A stretch of DNA of 62,992 nt, counting the filler, from Octopus bimaculoides (taxonomy: Eukaryota), in the NCBI RefSeq assembly GCF_001194135.2. It is 5 parts of 5 records of this genome, joined end to end, with 100 filler letters (N's around TTAATTAATTAA, not from the genome) between each part and the next. Parts side by side here need not be neighbours in the genome. Positions count along the whole stretch, not along the records: positions 1 to 25,100 come from NC_069001.1; positions 25,201 to 52,976 come from NC_068983.1; 3 more parts are not named here. The stretch is one strand, 5' to 3'. Of this stretch, positions 12,456-26,630 are shown piece after piece. How positions within the stretch are numbered: the first letter of the stretch is position 1; every line of letters begins with the position of its first letter. Under the pieces are notes generated by a model. That model searched no databases. It was not told the origin of the DNA and saw only the letters and a list, made by a program, of their open reading frames with translations. Made by a program: the position numbers and the translations under genes.

Positions 12456-13424
12456 TTTATGGTTTAACTAGGATGTGATGTGCCATTTGATTATTCTAGG
12501 GATGAGTAAAATCTTTGATAAATACATGAAGTGTCCGTTCATACACCTCATGTCTGCAATGAATCTGTTGAACGACTGAGTATATGTTTGAAATAAGTAT
12601 ATAATTGTCTGAAAATACTCTGATAAATATACATTAATGTAAGTTAATATATGTAAAACAAGCAAACAAGAAAAAAAAACCTTGTTGCTTAGTTTGCTTA
12701 AATCCGTTAGTATTTCATCAAATGATATCTGTGTGATATTTTGTGAACTGAAATTTAAATATGAAGTGACGAAAAATATAGTAATGTAAGTACATGTATA
12801 TTCACAGACACAGACACACACACAGATATATATACACACACACAGAGACAGACAGACAGACAGACACATGCTCACACACACACAACACACACATATATAA
12901 ACACTAAATGGGCCATGATGTTTAATTAAATATTTCCGACTAAACTATACGAGAGATCATTATTTAAACAAACGTCTGGTTGAAAAGTTTACATCAGATT
13001 TAGTTAATGTTATAGAAATAAGTAAACAAGGTTAATATAATATCTACACTCTAGATATTATAGGTAATATACATTAAAATGGAATGAAGCCATATCATTT
13101 ACATATAACATTAAAAAAATCAAAGTACGTTAATGAAATAAGTGTTGACGATAAGGAAAATCATATTTTGTTTACTGAATTATTGTATTCTTCTGAAAGT
13201 ACGCATTTTCGCATATGAGTCTTTCAGGTTACGGTTTGGAAAAGAGATGTAAGATATCAACGTATTTACCACGCTACATATGCTTTATAGTTTTGGAGCA
13301 CACATTTAGTATATTGCGTTGTTTCATGTCTCGCATTGGTGTGATAGTAGTGCATAATAGTATGTATTATATAAGCAACACTTCTATATATCAGAATGAG
13401 AAATTAAACCATAATAAACAGGAA

Positions 13425-13735
13425 GCAAAAAAGAGAAATAGATGGTTGAACGGAAGTAGTCCAGGCTGTTTAGACGTGTAAATAAGATTTGGTTCACGTT
13501 TGCGTTGTTCTTCACTCGTAAAATTTTTTTTAATATAAATGTCCATACGCATATGTTCAATGGGGATAAAATCATAAATATAGAACAAAAGGGAAATAGA
13601 TCGTTGCAAGGAAGTAATCCATGTTGTTTAGATTTAGACTTGTAAATAATATTTCGATCACATTTGGATTTTTTTTTCTTTTAGATTTTTCCTACACAAA
13701 TGTTCACACACATATGTTCAATGCTGTGAAATAGG
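13425..13735. repeat. Diverged tandem duplication of a ~160-bp unit
   Basis: gaaatagatggttgaacggaagtagtccaggctgtttagac...catatgttcaatg recurs as gaaatagatcgttgcaaggaagtaatccatgttgtttag...catatgttcaatg. Confidence 0.7.
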
Positions 13736-15102
13736 AAAATAAATGAATAGTAAAATGAATTAATAAAATAATTGAGTAGATACACAAAGTCTTAAATGGG
13801 ATAACCATTGGACATTATGAGGTATAAAGTTTCCTGTCTAAAGATTTGTGTTAATTAATTTGAGTGAGACTTTAGAAGTTGCACAAAGTCATTATAATTA
13901 TGAAGTGTCTCGCTTCGAGTACATCTTTACAAAAGCCTTAACTGCATATGTAACCTTCATGTATGAGGGTGGTGATCTGGTTTTAAATTTGCCACTGGAA
14001 GCAAAATACTGTGGACAATGTTAGTTCGTAATAGACTGTGGCTCAAATATGTTATAAGTATTGCTATATTGCTATGCACTTGATCATCTATTTTCTATGT
14101 TACATCACACTGTGTAAAATTTACTTGTCCTGACTTGCACATATGGTAGTGAAACATTTACACGTTTGGTTTGGTTATATTCCAAGAATGAGTAATTACT
14201 ATATTGTAGCGCCTAATGTTTGTGACGGCTTATACTTCATAAACTATCATTATGTGCAGTCAGTAAGTGGTCATATTGAATGCTGGTATATTGCATTTCT
14301 GGAAGAGATATAATAGGATGTTTAAAGCTCGGAAATGTCTTCGTATATGGATAAAAAGTCCTCTTGTTTAGAGAATATTTTCTGGCTGGCAGGGCGTACA
14401 TTTTGAGATGCGCTGGCTGCTGCATTTTGACTACTTATTGCCTTCGCTGAAAACTTATCTATTTCGTGCTCTTTTAGTTTCTCATGAACTTTGATGGCAA
14501 TACGAGACTGTATTTCATTCAAAGGCAAAATAGAAATAATATACCCAGTTATTGGCTCTTGGGTATGTTTTCGGTAAGACGAATGTATTGTTTTGTTCAA
14601 TGTGTCGGCTTTTCATATGAACTCGGTTTTGATGCAATTATTTTTGGAGAGAGAGTTGGCTGTTAACTAAAATTACGTCAACGATCAAGTGTTTCTGACA
14701 ATTCCTTTTATACGGCTATGCATTGTTTATAGTCGTGGTTTCAATTTTATACCCATTGCTCCTCATAGATCACACCGTGTTTATTTTGAATGACAGTGAC
14801 GAGAAGAGCATGGACTCTGTAAAGAGACGTTTGAAAGAAGTATATGAAACAGCAAAAAGATTATTCGAAGCAATCGTGCAAAATAGGCATTAGAATGCAC
14901 AAATTTTCCCAGATTGGTATAGAAATGATACAAACTAATTCTCAAGAATAGTTCTGAGAGGAGGTGGGGAAGCAGGAATCAAGCTATGAGAGTGGTATTT
15001 GTTGGTGTGGCGTTATTATCCAACAGAAAATACCAACTGGTAGATGAAAACAGAAAAGATCTTGATTTACCTTATATTAATTGTGTACTGTTTCTTCCGG
15101 CT

Positions 15103-15314
15103 AATTTTGGCGCAAGGCCAGTAACTTCAGGAACAGAAATGAGTCTGTTATATCGACCCAAGTGCTCCACTGGTACTTATTTTACCGAACTCGAAAGGAT
15201 GACAAGCAATGTCGACTTCGGCAGCAGTTGAACTAAGAGCGTAAAGACAGGACAGACACAATACCGCTAAGCAATTTTGCCCGGCGTGTTAACGATTCAG
15301 TCAGCTTGCCGCCT
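15103..15314 (-). mobile_element. SINE family A, tail type 1
   Basis: Reverse complement of the family head, body and tail (aattttggcgcaaggcc...actggtacttatttt...accgctaagca...ttgccgcct). Confidence 0.85.
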
Positions 15315-15808
15315 CTTCTGGCTGATACGAAAAGAAAGAGGTCGTTGTAAATAACAAGTAGAGTTGATGTACATTCTTATTTCTGCATAAACAACAGGCC
15401 ATCAGAAGAAGAATGTTATTACAAAATGCGCCATTTTTTACATAGCGATTTTAGAGAATGCATTATATTTTTTGCTCATACCATTCTCTAGGTTTTCCAA
15501 TCCATATTATTTAAAGCAGATCTGCTAATATATGGTGGTTAATTATCACTTCTCCAGTTCTGAGAGATCCTCTTAGAAAGGAATTGACGTTCAGAGATTA
15601 TATGTACAACTATCTATTCTGTTTTTTTACAGAATATTTCACACTCAACTGAAACGACTTTCTTATCTACGTTTTTCATTACGTATGCTGCTCTGCTTTC
15701 TTGATCTTCCGCAGCTTGAATCAAGTCAAGTGTCTCTTTCTATAGCACTCATTTTTTCAATCACTGAAATGAATTATGATACAAATATCATTCAGTATAC
15801 ACGTACAT

Positions 15809-15865
<57 letters not shown>

Positions 15866-16404
15866 NNNNNNNNNNNNNNNNNNNNNNNNNNNNNNNNNNN
15901 NNNNNNNNNNNNNNNNNNNNNNNNNNNNNNNNNNNNNNNNNNNNNNNNNNNNNNNNNNNNNNNNNNNNNNNNNNNNNNNNNNNNNNNNNNNNNNNNNNNN
16001 NNNNNNNNNNNNNNNNNNNNNNNNNNNNNNNNNNNNNNNNNNNNNNNNNNNNNNNNNNNNNNNNNNNNNNNNNNNNNNNNNNNNNNNNNNNNNNNNNNNN
16101 NNNNNNNNNNNNNNNNNNNNNNNNNNNNNNNNNNNNNNNNNNNNNNNNNNNNNNNNNNNNNNNNNNNNNNNNNNNNNNNNNNNNNNNNNNNNNNNNNNNN
16201 NNNNNNNNNNNNNNNNNNNNNNNNNNNNNNNNNNNNNNNNNNNNNNNNNNNNNNNNNNNNNNNNNNNNNNNNNNNNNNNNNNNNNNNNNNNNNNNNNNNN
16301 NNNNNNNNNNNNNNNNNNNNNNNNNNNNNNNNNNNNNNNNNNNNNNNNNNNNNNNNNNNNNNNNNNNNNNNNNNNNNNNNNNNNNNNNNNNNNNNNNNNN
16401 NNNN

Positions 16405-16469
<65 letters not shown>

Positions 16470-17243
16470 TACATACATATATACCTGCACCTATGCAGTG
16501 CTCTGCTGTGCACCGTATGCACGACTAATAACCACTGATATTACTGCCCAATATTGTTTACAACGTTAAAAGCCGGAATTCTCGCATACACTATATGTCC
16601 ACGTATGATGTTTTATATATTGTGGAATAGAGCCAATAATACAGAAGCACCCAGAAGCCAATATGATTGATCCTTCACATTATAAAGTCCTATGTGTTTT
16701 TTTACGGATCTTATATTATGCTTAAAAAATCGTTTTGTTGGATTATTCTTTTTTGAAGAATTTGCAACCCGACGTTTTTATACACGTTGAAGGATAAAAG
16801 AAAACTAAAGAGAAAAATAAATATAAAGGCTTAAAAAGAGAAAAGTGCAAAAAAATAAGAATATCAATAATTAGAATATAAGTTCTGCAGGTAACTGTGG
16901 GAAATTTGAACATTATCTATAACATCTAGGACTATATACGTATATCATCTCAGTAATCGTGTCAAAATGTAATAAGACTAGCGGGTAATAAAGCATGAGT
17001 CATGAATCGCTAAGCTTAATATAGGGGAAAACCAGCAGACAGAAGACAGAATAGGTAGACAACAAAGAACATTAATAAACACCTATATTTTAAGGATACT
17101 GAATAACCAACTAACATGCCAAGACATCTGCAATTATTTTCTGTAAAATTACATAAATACATAGATATATGCATACAGGCGTTTGCACGTAGTTTCACCC
17201 AGTCCCATACACACATAAATATATGTATTTATATGCATGCGTA

Positions 17244-17320
<77 letters not shown>

Positions 17321-17340
17321 GCACACACACACACACACAC

Positions 17341-17387
<47 letters not shown>

Positions 17388-17877
17388 CATATGCATACAT
17401 ACATATATATGTAAAAGACAAACGGGTTAAGGCTCACTGCAGTTGTTTACAGGCGAGTTTTTTTAATTTATGAATAAATAAGCTATATCGTGAAAAAACA
17501 AAACAAAAAAAAAACACCATTAAAAGTTTGAAATTTGGTTTGGAGAAAAAAATGCAAAGATGTGGAAAGTGGATTTACCTCATCCTTTATCTTTGGCCAT
17601 TCTAGCCATCCATTTTAAAGAAATAATCGGCATTGATATTTTTTACTTTGAACCATATTTAAAATTTTTGATTCACCTGAATAAAACGCTTTTTGTCACG
17701 ATGTGATCGAACTAGTCAACCTATTTATGCTCTTTTTTATGTAAACATAATACCAGGGACTCTCCCTGTGCTGGCACTTACACAGGATCGCGAAATTTCA
17801 TGCCGATGTACATGAGTATATAATTTCATGTCCATGTTATATATGTATGTGTATAATGATGCGTTCATGTACATCTA

Positions 17878-18089
17878 TATGCCCACAAGGGGCTACACAC
17901 AGAGGGGACAAACAAAGGGATTAAGTCGATTATATCGACCCCAGTGCGTAACTGGTACTTATTTAATCGACCCCGAAAGGATGAAAGCTAAAGTCGACCT
18001 CGGCGGAATTTGAACTCAGAACGTAACCGCAGACGAAATACCGCTAAGCATTTTGCCCGCCGTGCCAACGTTTCTACCAGCTCGCCGCC
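17878..18089 (-). mobile_element. SINE family A, tail type 2, near full length
   Basis: High similarity to the reverse complement of 50134-50366, including the cccacaagggg...ggacaaac tail. Confidence 0.92.
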
Positions 18090-18618
18090 TTATTAACTAA
18101 TAATTTTGAAACAAAATACTGCAATACAACCTGGGAGAGAGATTTACAGCACTAATGAGTCTTAGTAGTATGCAATATAAAATAAATAAGATTAAAAAAG
18201 ATTAATTCATTTTAAGTATTGATTAAGTAATTTTAATTATAATAGGCTGATTGCACGTAACTGTAAGGAATTACTAAACCTAATTCCTATTTTATTTTAA
18301 TGTTATTGATGTTGATATTTGCAAGTAGATTTTCGGTGTAGTCATTTGTACATGCACATGCACACAAATACAAACACACACGCGCGCGCACATGCACACA
18401 CACGCGCGCGCACACGCACACACACATGTTGGCTTTAGGGATACAACGTAGTCTTATTTTAATCGTAGCTATTTATTGGTAATTAGGAAGAATTCGAGTG
18501 AATCTAAGCTTGCATGAGATATTAACTTTATACTTTATAATTCATAGAATTTGATCTGCTATTGGAATCTTGAGTGTTTCACACGTATATAAATTACTCG
18601 TGCATAAGTATATGGCAT

Positions 18619-19516
18619 TTATTACCTCCGCCTTAGTGAAGGCGCAGATAGTGTTTTCAATCGTGTTTGTTTGTTTGTTTGTTAGTTTGTCCATGGACAG
18701 GATAGCTCAAGAACGGCTGGATAGATTCGGATGAAACTGTCAGGAATGTTTGGCTCCGGGACTGGCACGAACTGATTAGATTTTGGGATCGTTCCAGTAC
18801 CGAACAACGATTCTGGATTATTTTTCTCTTTTTTCATTTCATTTTTGATAGTGATCATATTTTTTTTTAGTATTCTCAGATCATTTTACTTTGATCGGCA
18901 GATCGAGAAATTAATTTTTTGTAACTAAACACTTTCAAACTTCGGACACTGGTAGAATGTATCATATAAAACATCTTTTACTCTTAGCGTTGTTGAGAAA
19001 ATTGTCTATTTATGAAACACCTAAAAAGCAGTAGAACTGCACAACGATTATGGTGGTGTCATGAAGTAAACGTGCTTCAGATATATTCGTTTATTGAAAC
19101 AAACGTAACTGAGATGAAACATGTCATAAATAACAGTGGCAAACGAAATATACACCGCCGATAGTTGTTGACAAAGAACAGCTGTAATTTTATTCAGATG
19201 AATACAAGTCATTGATTGTTTGAAATTACCGAAATACGACAACTTTAACATGAAATAACTTCGTAAATAGAAACTTCTCTCACATTCTACCACATTATAT
19301 GACACATTCTACCAGTGTCCCAAGTTTGAAACTGCTTAGTTACAAAAAATTAATTTCTCAATCTGCCAATGAACGTGAAAAGGTCCGTAATCTCGTTTAT
19401 CAGAGCAGTAGATTTTATTTCAGATATTCTCATTTTAAAGATCATCTCTGGCCAATCGTTGAAAGGACGTTGGAGTTGCCTTGAGGGATGTTTTCGCTCT
19501 GTGTGTGCTCTTGTTT
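18619..19516 (+). mobile_element. Non-autonomous Helentron-type element (HINE/DINE-1-like)
   Basis: 5' ttattacctccgcc-ttagtgaa-ggcgcag hairpin, then a (TTTG)n microsatellite and the ggatagctcaagaacggctggatagattcggatgaaact block; 3' gccttgagggatgttttcgctctgtgtgtgctcttgttt. T-rich flanks. This architecture matches HINEs as I recall them. Confidence 0.6.
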
Positions 19517-20035
19517 AATTTGATATTATGCTCTATAATCGCATAGTGCTTTATTCTGAAGGAATAATGACATCAAACATCGGGTTATTATTATTGATAT
19601 GCTTATGCTAAATCTTAATATATATATATATATANNNNNNNNNNNNNNNNNNNNNNNNNNNNNNNNNNNNNNNNNNNNNNNNNNNNNNNNNNNNNNNNNN
19701 NNNNNNNNNNNNNNNNNNNNNNNNNNNNNNNNNNNNNNNNNNNNNNNNNNNNNNNNNNNNNNNNNNNNNNNNNNNNNNNNNNNNNNNNNNNNNNNNNNNN
19801 NNNNNNNNNNNNNNNNNNNNNNNNNNNNNNNNNNNNNNNNNNNNNNNNNNNNNNNNNNNNNNNNNNNNNNNNNNNNNNNNNNNNNNNNNNNNNNNNNNNN
19901 NNNNNNNNNNNNNNNNNNNNNNNNNNNNNNNNNNNNNNNNNNNNNNNNNNNNNNNNNNNNNNNNNNNNNNNNNNNNNNNNNNNNNNNNNNNNNNNNNNNN
20001 NNNNNNNNNNNNNNNNNNNNNNNNNNNNNNNNNNN

Positions 20036-20067
<32 letters not shown>

Positions 20068-20589
20068 CATACATATGCATACATACATATATATATTGAC
20101 TTGTATGTATTTTGTATTTTGCAGTGTATTCTATAGCAATATATTTTACAAGATTCTCTTATAACTCCCATGCAAAGCGTCCGCGTAAAGGATACGTTAG
20201 AGACTTTTGTCATCGAAAACTACTAGACTCTGTTATAGAGGCGAGGCATTAATTAGCCTTTCTTTATTCAATGGTTCCTTTCTTTATTGAACCCGCATGA
20301 AAATCCTTTCAGTTGATCTGGTTCTGTAAAATTTGTAACACATACTCCCCCCTCCATCACAGGCATATATATATCTTAGTCAATGCGATATTAAAATGGT
20401 CTGAGTTTCACGTTATATTTTTTATTTAAATTGTTCAATATTACATACAAGTACTTTCATGATTTCCGCAATCTTCAAATCTATGTAGTAGCAGTATTAA
20501 CTGACAGTTGTGTTACAAAAATTGATAAGTATAATTTCACTACAGGTGATTGGCGCTGCCGATATCTGAGCATGACAAAATTTCGAGTC

Positions 20590-20860
20590 ATGAAGTCTCT
20601 GGTACTCACTGTTGAAACACTTGGGCACTGCCAGGTAGACTTAAGCGCCGCATGAACTCCTTTGGTAAGAGGACGCATCGCAGAATTATGCGCAACCATC
20701 GGTCACATTTTGTATCCAACCAATGACGATACTCGGGAACTGGGATGCGTCATGTTACTTAGTAGCATAAGCTCAGACTGTTTGGTCATGTTGCGCGATT
20801 TTCCGGGTTGAATCCTGCGTTTACTCATAGTATTTCCTGGGACGACCCGAGAAAGTGCTG
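20590..20860 (+). mobile_element. RTE-clade LINE, post-RT C-terminal fragment
   Basis: ET(W)AL..LKRRMNSFGKRTHRRIMRN...ETGMRHVT...FGHVAR...GRPR, with frameshifts. Confidence 0.75.
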
Positions 20861-21138
20861 ATGAGTGGTGGATGAATCAACGCACCACAACGGCAGATGT
20901 TCCCATACTGACCACTTCCTGATGCTACCAACTACCTATTGCAATTTCTATTACTATTAATGTCACTGCTGCTTCAGTCGCTAATCCCCACTAATAATGA
21001 AGAGAAACAGTGTCACTATATCTAAGGCCTCTAACTTTTACACCGTCACTACTACAACTACTGCTTAAACAACTATCGCCGTTTCTAATAGTGAGAATGA
21101 TAAATGCACTGCAACGACCACAACCATTGCTGCTGCTG

Positions 21139-21197
<59 letters not shown>

Positions 21198-22165
21198 GCC
21201 ATCATTACGGTATATCTCACACGTTTAATAGCACTTCTTAAATATCAACATTGCCAGGAATGATTAAAATAAACCTGTATCTGCTAAAACTACATCTACT
21301 CTTATGATTAACTAACAAACAACAGAAAACTAAGCATCAGCACCATGAGGATCCGTACATATAAACATGCAAACACCCAAAACTTGACATCACGAAATAT
21401 CAATATAATTTTTTTGAATTTATTTTCCTTTCTCACATAGCATGACTGAACTAAACAAACAATTAAAACATGTGTCATATCGGTCATTTCCCATCACTGT
21501 GCAACTACTTATGAATTTGATCAAACCGAGCGGTCTTCTAGTGCAAATCAATAAATATTATGTACTGATTTATTATAAAGCTAAAGGTTTCTCTCAGCTC
21601 AGGTTTACTTCTCTTAGGTATGCGCTACTGAAAGAGTGAAATGCGGATTTAGCGATCATAGGCTAGGGAGTTTTTCTTCGCGGTATACTGCAGTGATATT
21701 GAAAGCCAGTTTTGTACACGCTTTTGTCACTAATTCGATGACGAGCAAATGTCTCAAAATGTAAGACGGCAATCATCTCAGAAGATCGTGCCTAACCACG
21801 AGACACACACACACATACACAGACACACACATGGTTTATTTGATCGCATTGTCTCTTTATTGGTACACTTTTGCAGAAGCGAGAACATCTTGCAATGCTA
21901 ACCTGGAGCCAATATTTTCGAAAAATAGGAGATTAGAAAACTCCTGACAAAGAGATATGAACTTCAAGGCATAGTAACTTTTACTGCGATAGAAACCATG
22001 TCACAATGCATTTGCTCTGACAAACTTGTACTAGTTCTAATCTCTATTATTCTAGAGTTGAAACAAACTTAGGTATATTTTGAATTAAGAATTCTTCTTC
22101 AGTATTATAAGTTTCAATTTTGAAGCCAATAAAAAATTTTCAAATCTAATATTATAAAGACAGAG

Positions 22166-22345
22166 AGTAGCGAGCTGGCAGAATTGTTAGCATGCCGGTC
22201 ATTTCGTTCGGCTTTATGTTCTGAGTTCAAATTTCACCAAAGTCGACTTTATCTTTCATCCAATTGAGCACTGAGGTCGGTGTAATCGACTTACCCCTAT
22301 TCCCTAAATTGCTAGCCTAGTGCCAAAGTTTGAAACAAATATTGT
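22166..22345 (+). mobile_element. SINE family A, tail type 1, with ~14-bp TSD
   Basis: Family head gcgagctggcagaattgttagc; flanks aatattataaagac and aatattgtaaagac. Confidence 0.85.
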
Positions 22346-22760
22346 AAAGACTAGTGATAAATCGGTTTGCGTGGATAAAATAATACATTGACGTTGAAAA
22401 GGGCGACAATATTTTTTTTCTTCTTTGTTTTGTTTTGGCTTTGGAAAGATATAAGACTAACATTTCATACAAAAGAGATACATAGATGTTATATACTTTA
22501 TTAGAAGAATTTTGAAAAACGAATGAGAATCGTCAAACAGGAGATCAAATATATTTGTTCCCCTCCTCGCAACTCATATTATCTTGCTTATTGCAGTAAA
22601 AATTGAAATAGCGGAGGGAGTCACATGACGAACTGTTTAACGATTTGTTAAGATCTCAACAAATCATGAATAGATTCATCGAATGAATCCTCTCACTTCG
22701 AGTGACTCTACTTTGAATGCATTTACATTTTTGTGGCTAATTATCAGTTAAGGTCTTCTT

Positions 22761-22966
22761 AACAGAATCGTTAGGCATAATGCTTAGCGGCATTTTGACT
22801 GTCTTTATGTTCTAAGTACAAATTCCGCCTTAGTCAACTATGCCTTTCATCCATTTCAAGGTAGATAAAATAAATGCAATAAGTACCAGTTGAACACTGC
22901 GTCGATTTAATCGACCTACCCCTCCCCTGATATTGCTGGCCTTGTGCCAAAATTTGAAACGAATAT
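22761..22966 (+). mobile_element. SINE family A, tail type 1, 5'-eroded
   Basis: cagaatcgttag...caaattccgcc...aagtaccagttgaacactg...gctggccttgtgccaaaatttgaaac. Confidence 0.85.
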
Positions 22967-23578
22967 TTAAATATATTTCAGTACTAACGTTCAAGGTGCT
23001 TTTGAGCTTAAAATACATATTGTTCAATGGGATGGTGCCAAATGTAGAAATAAGCAAATTAAAGTAACCAGCATGGCAAACACTTTACCCATAGCTGCTT
23101 TATGTAATCTATCATTTGAAGAAAGACGCATGTGATTCTTCTGAGGCTCGTTACTACGTCAAGAAACATTTCATCTGGCGAGTCGCCTCCGTTTTATTCC
23201 TCACGTCGAATGCATTAATGGAATGTGTCTGTGTTTCAGTGCCAAGGTTTCCTAACAGGTAAGTTTACCGCATAGAATAGATATTGCTTGATTAATGACG
23301 TGCTGTTAGTAGAGGAAAGACTGAAATGAGGCTAACTTAATTTCTAGATGCTTCTCGGTGATTTCGTTAGAAAATGAATTATATATGCCAAAACTGGGGA
23401 AAGACAATGGGGAAATTTTGGAATAGCAGTAAACAAATTGTGACTGGCTAGTGTGTCACTCTTCATTTTACCCGACATCAGTTCAATAGCAAAAATATGT
23501 TTCAACTGAAATATCTCATATTCACAGCTATGCTCGATATTTACATTTATTCACGAGATATCATTCCTTATCACACAT

Positions 23579-23609
<31 letters not shown>

Positions 23610-23734
23610 TACAAACACGTATGTATGTATGTATATATGTATGTATGTATGCGTGTGTCTGTCTATATATACATTTGAGAACATTCCTACACTAATGTTT
23701 CCGTCCCTACTTCTAGAATTCCTACCCTGAACCA

Positions 23735-24381
23735 CTGATTTAAAATTTTGGCACAAGGCCAGGAATTTCGAGGGGGTACGTCGATTACATCAAGCCCAGT
23801 ATTCAACTGGTATTTATTTTATCGACCTCGAAAGGATGAAAGTCAAAGTCGACCTCGGCGTAATTTGAACTTAAAACGTGCAGACGGACTAAATACCGCT
23901 CAGCATTTCGACCGGCGTGATAACGATTCCACCAGCTCATTGCCTTCGAAAGAATGAAAATCAAAGTCGACCTAGGTAGAGTTTGAACTCAGAACATGAA
24001 GACGAACTAAATACCGCTAAGCGCTTTGCCCGATGCACTAACGATTCTGTTTTTCTACTCTAGGCACAAGGCTCAATTTTTTTGAGGAGGGGTCCAGTCG
24101 ATTAGATCTACCCCAGTACGCAACTGGTACTTAATTTATCAACCCCGACAGGACGAAAGGCAATGTTGACCTCGGCGGAATTTGAACTTGGAACGTGCAG
24201 ACGGACGAGATACCGCTAAGCATTTCGACCGGCGTGATAAAGTTTCTGCCAGCTCGTCGCCTTCGAAAAAACTGAAAAGCAAAGTCGACGAAAGCCGAGT
24301 TCGAACTCAGAATGTGAAAACGGATTAAATATCGTTAAGCGATCTGACCAGCGTACTAACGATTCTGCCAACTCGCTGACT
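23735..24381 (-). mobile_element. Array of four SINE-A segments (two copies of a head+full dimer, period ~317 bp)
   Basis: The same junction gccttcgaaa occurs at ~23945 and ~24262; both full units share gtgcagacggac and gcatttcgaccggcgtgataa. Confidence 0.85.
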
Positions 24382-25061
24382 TCCCGTAGTGAAATATTGA
24401 TGTATACCAATGTATTAAATTTTGTATTAAAACGAAACTGAAAGAGAAGGAAAGGAAGTAAGGGTGAAAGATTGAGAGAGAGACAGAAAGAGATATAGAC
24501 AGATAGATGGATAGATAGAGAGAGGGAGAGAGAAAAGATTAAGGGAGAGATTGTGTTATCGAGTAAATTAGTGATATGTTTCTTTTTTAAACCCAGTTCG
24601 TTACATGAAATTATAGGTGGTTCAATTGCAGTTTTCCCTGCTCAGTGACTGGAAAGACCAAGTATGACAGACGGATCTTTTATACCAGTGATGCTAATAT
24701 TTCGTCTAACAGAATAACGTACAACACACTATAATGTGCGGCGGCTAAGCGTATGTGTTACAGATATCTCGTATACACCAAACTGCCCATAGTATTCTCG
24801 TATATTAGTGCAACAATTGTGCCAAATGTGAGACTGAAACATTTGAGATGAAAAATTGAAAGCTTTTCCAAAATGATCCTCACCGTTACTAAGTAAAGGA
24901 ATGTAAAAAATGCTAGTCCTTAAAATAATGTTACAGACAACAAACGAAAGACATCACCTTTGGCATAGCAGTTGAACGATGATGTTTAGAATGTTTGAGT
25001 TGCTGGGAACATATCGGAATATCGGTTGTGTCAATATTCTTTCTTTAATGAATGTACATAC

Positions 25062-25100
<39 letters not shown>

Positions 25101-25200
25101 NNNNNNNNNNNNNNNNNNNNNNNNNNNNNNNNNNNNNNNNNNNNTTAATTAATTAANNNNNNNNNNNNNNNNNNNNNNNNNNNNNNNNNNNNNNNNNNNN
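25101..25200. other. Artificial scaffold-join spacer N44-TTAATTAATTAA-N44
   Basis: Exactly 100 nt with a six-frame-stop 12-mer at 25145-25156; identical structure at 52977, 56630 and 60766. Confidence 0.95.
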
Positions 25201-25241
<41 letters not shown>

Positions 25242-25811
25242 GTATGTATATATATATGTTAATATTTAGCAGAAGTAATAGAGTGATTCAAGGTCCGTGA
25301 GTTTCGTGCGTTGGCTCTTATCGAACTACAGATATATATATCAAATAAGGATTCAAATAGAATCAGGTACTTGAAAAGATATGGAGGGTTGGATAAACCT
25401 GTGTTCAGGCCTATGACTGGTGAGTATTAAATAGGATATTCCGGTTGTGTACTCAGAGAAAACCGAGCCAATGAGTATTTAGCGCCTAAGGACTGGTCCA
25501 AAGTATGTGTTACGTTGAATTGTACGTTGTTGGTATTCTCTAGGGTGTCCGAAAAGTCGTAAATCCCCTTGGTGTATTATAATCAAATGCATAATAACAG
25601 ACGATTGGTAATTGTCACCTCACTTCAGGTGTTTCTTACGCATCCTTTTAACAGAATAATGAGAACATTACTTCATTACAAAAAACTGTAATCATCAGGT
25701 GAAACGTAATTTAACAAATAAAAGAATATCCCAAGAATACGGCAGGGACGCGGCTGGAAGAAATAGCTGTAATGAGCTGACAATTATCCATCGTCTGTTA
25801 TTATTTATTAG

Positions 25812-25842
<31 letters not shown>

Positions 25843-26474
25843 NNNNNNNNNNNNNNNNNNNNNNNNNNNNNNNNNNNNNNNNNNNNNNNNNNNNNNNNNN
25901 NNNNNNNNNNNNNNNNNNNNNNNNNNNNNNNNNNNNNNNNNNNNNNNNNNNNNNNNNNNNNNNNNNNNNNNNNNNNNNNNNNNNNNNNNNNNNNNNNNNN
26001 NNNNNNNNNNNNNNNNNNNNNNNNNNNNNNNNNNNNNNNNNNNNNNNNNNNNNNNNNNNNNNNNNNNNNNNNNNNNNNNNNNNNNNNNNNNNNNNNNNNN
26101 NNNNNNNNNNNNNNNNNNNNNNNNNNNNNNNNNNNNNNNNNNNNNNNNNNNNNNNNNNNNNNNNNNACTAAAGGCTTGGTTTGTTTACGCTTTTCCCTCC
26201 GGTTTTTGTTCTATGTGTGCCATAAATATCGCCATCCGCTTTAGAGAAAAATTTGTAGTTTGGAATCAGTAGTTCTTTGACTGCTATTTCTAAATTTTCA
26301 GTATGTTGGAGAAGCAACTCAATTGCTAATCCCTGTATATTTATGATGATAAATAGTTTTACCGATAAAGGTTTTTTTCATACTGAACTACTTGGCAAAA
26401 TTGTTAATTATTAATTCTATTATTAATTGACGATTCTCTGCCCTTATTCTTGTATATATATATATATATATATA

Positions 26475-26630
26475 GGGGGCGATGGGTAAATTGTCGTTTG
26501 TGCCTGCGCATTCTTTGTTTTATATTTTGTCGACTAGAAAGTGTAGCCTGTGGCGCCGTCTGTGAGATAAACAGCACTATGACGCAATTCACTCTGCTAG
26601 AAATTTGGAAACAGCATGCTGTACTCTGGA
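26475..26630 (+). mobile_element. 5' end of a maT-like Tc1/mariner element
   Basis: TA-preceded gatgggtaaattgtc TIR-like start; ATG at 26579 gives MTQFTLLEIWKQHAVL, homologous to the 35309 copy. Confidence 0.7.

Noticed and set aside
14322-14600. 92-aa ORF MNKTIHSSYRK...
   Set aside because: No recognisable domain or splice context; possibly old TE debris, but I cannot support a call.
15633-15682. Plus-strand exon candidate after ttctgtttttttacAG (also donors at 37244 and 41655)
   Set aside because: Weak partner sites; such motifs are expected by chance in AT-rich DNA.
25145-25156. TTAATTAATTAA as a homeodomain or regulatory site
   Set aside because: Centred in exact 100-nt N spacers four times, so it is an assembly marker.
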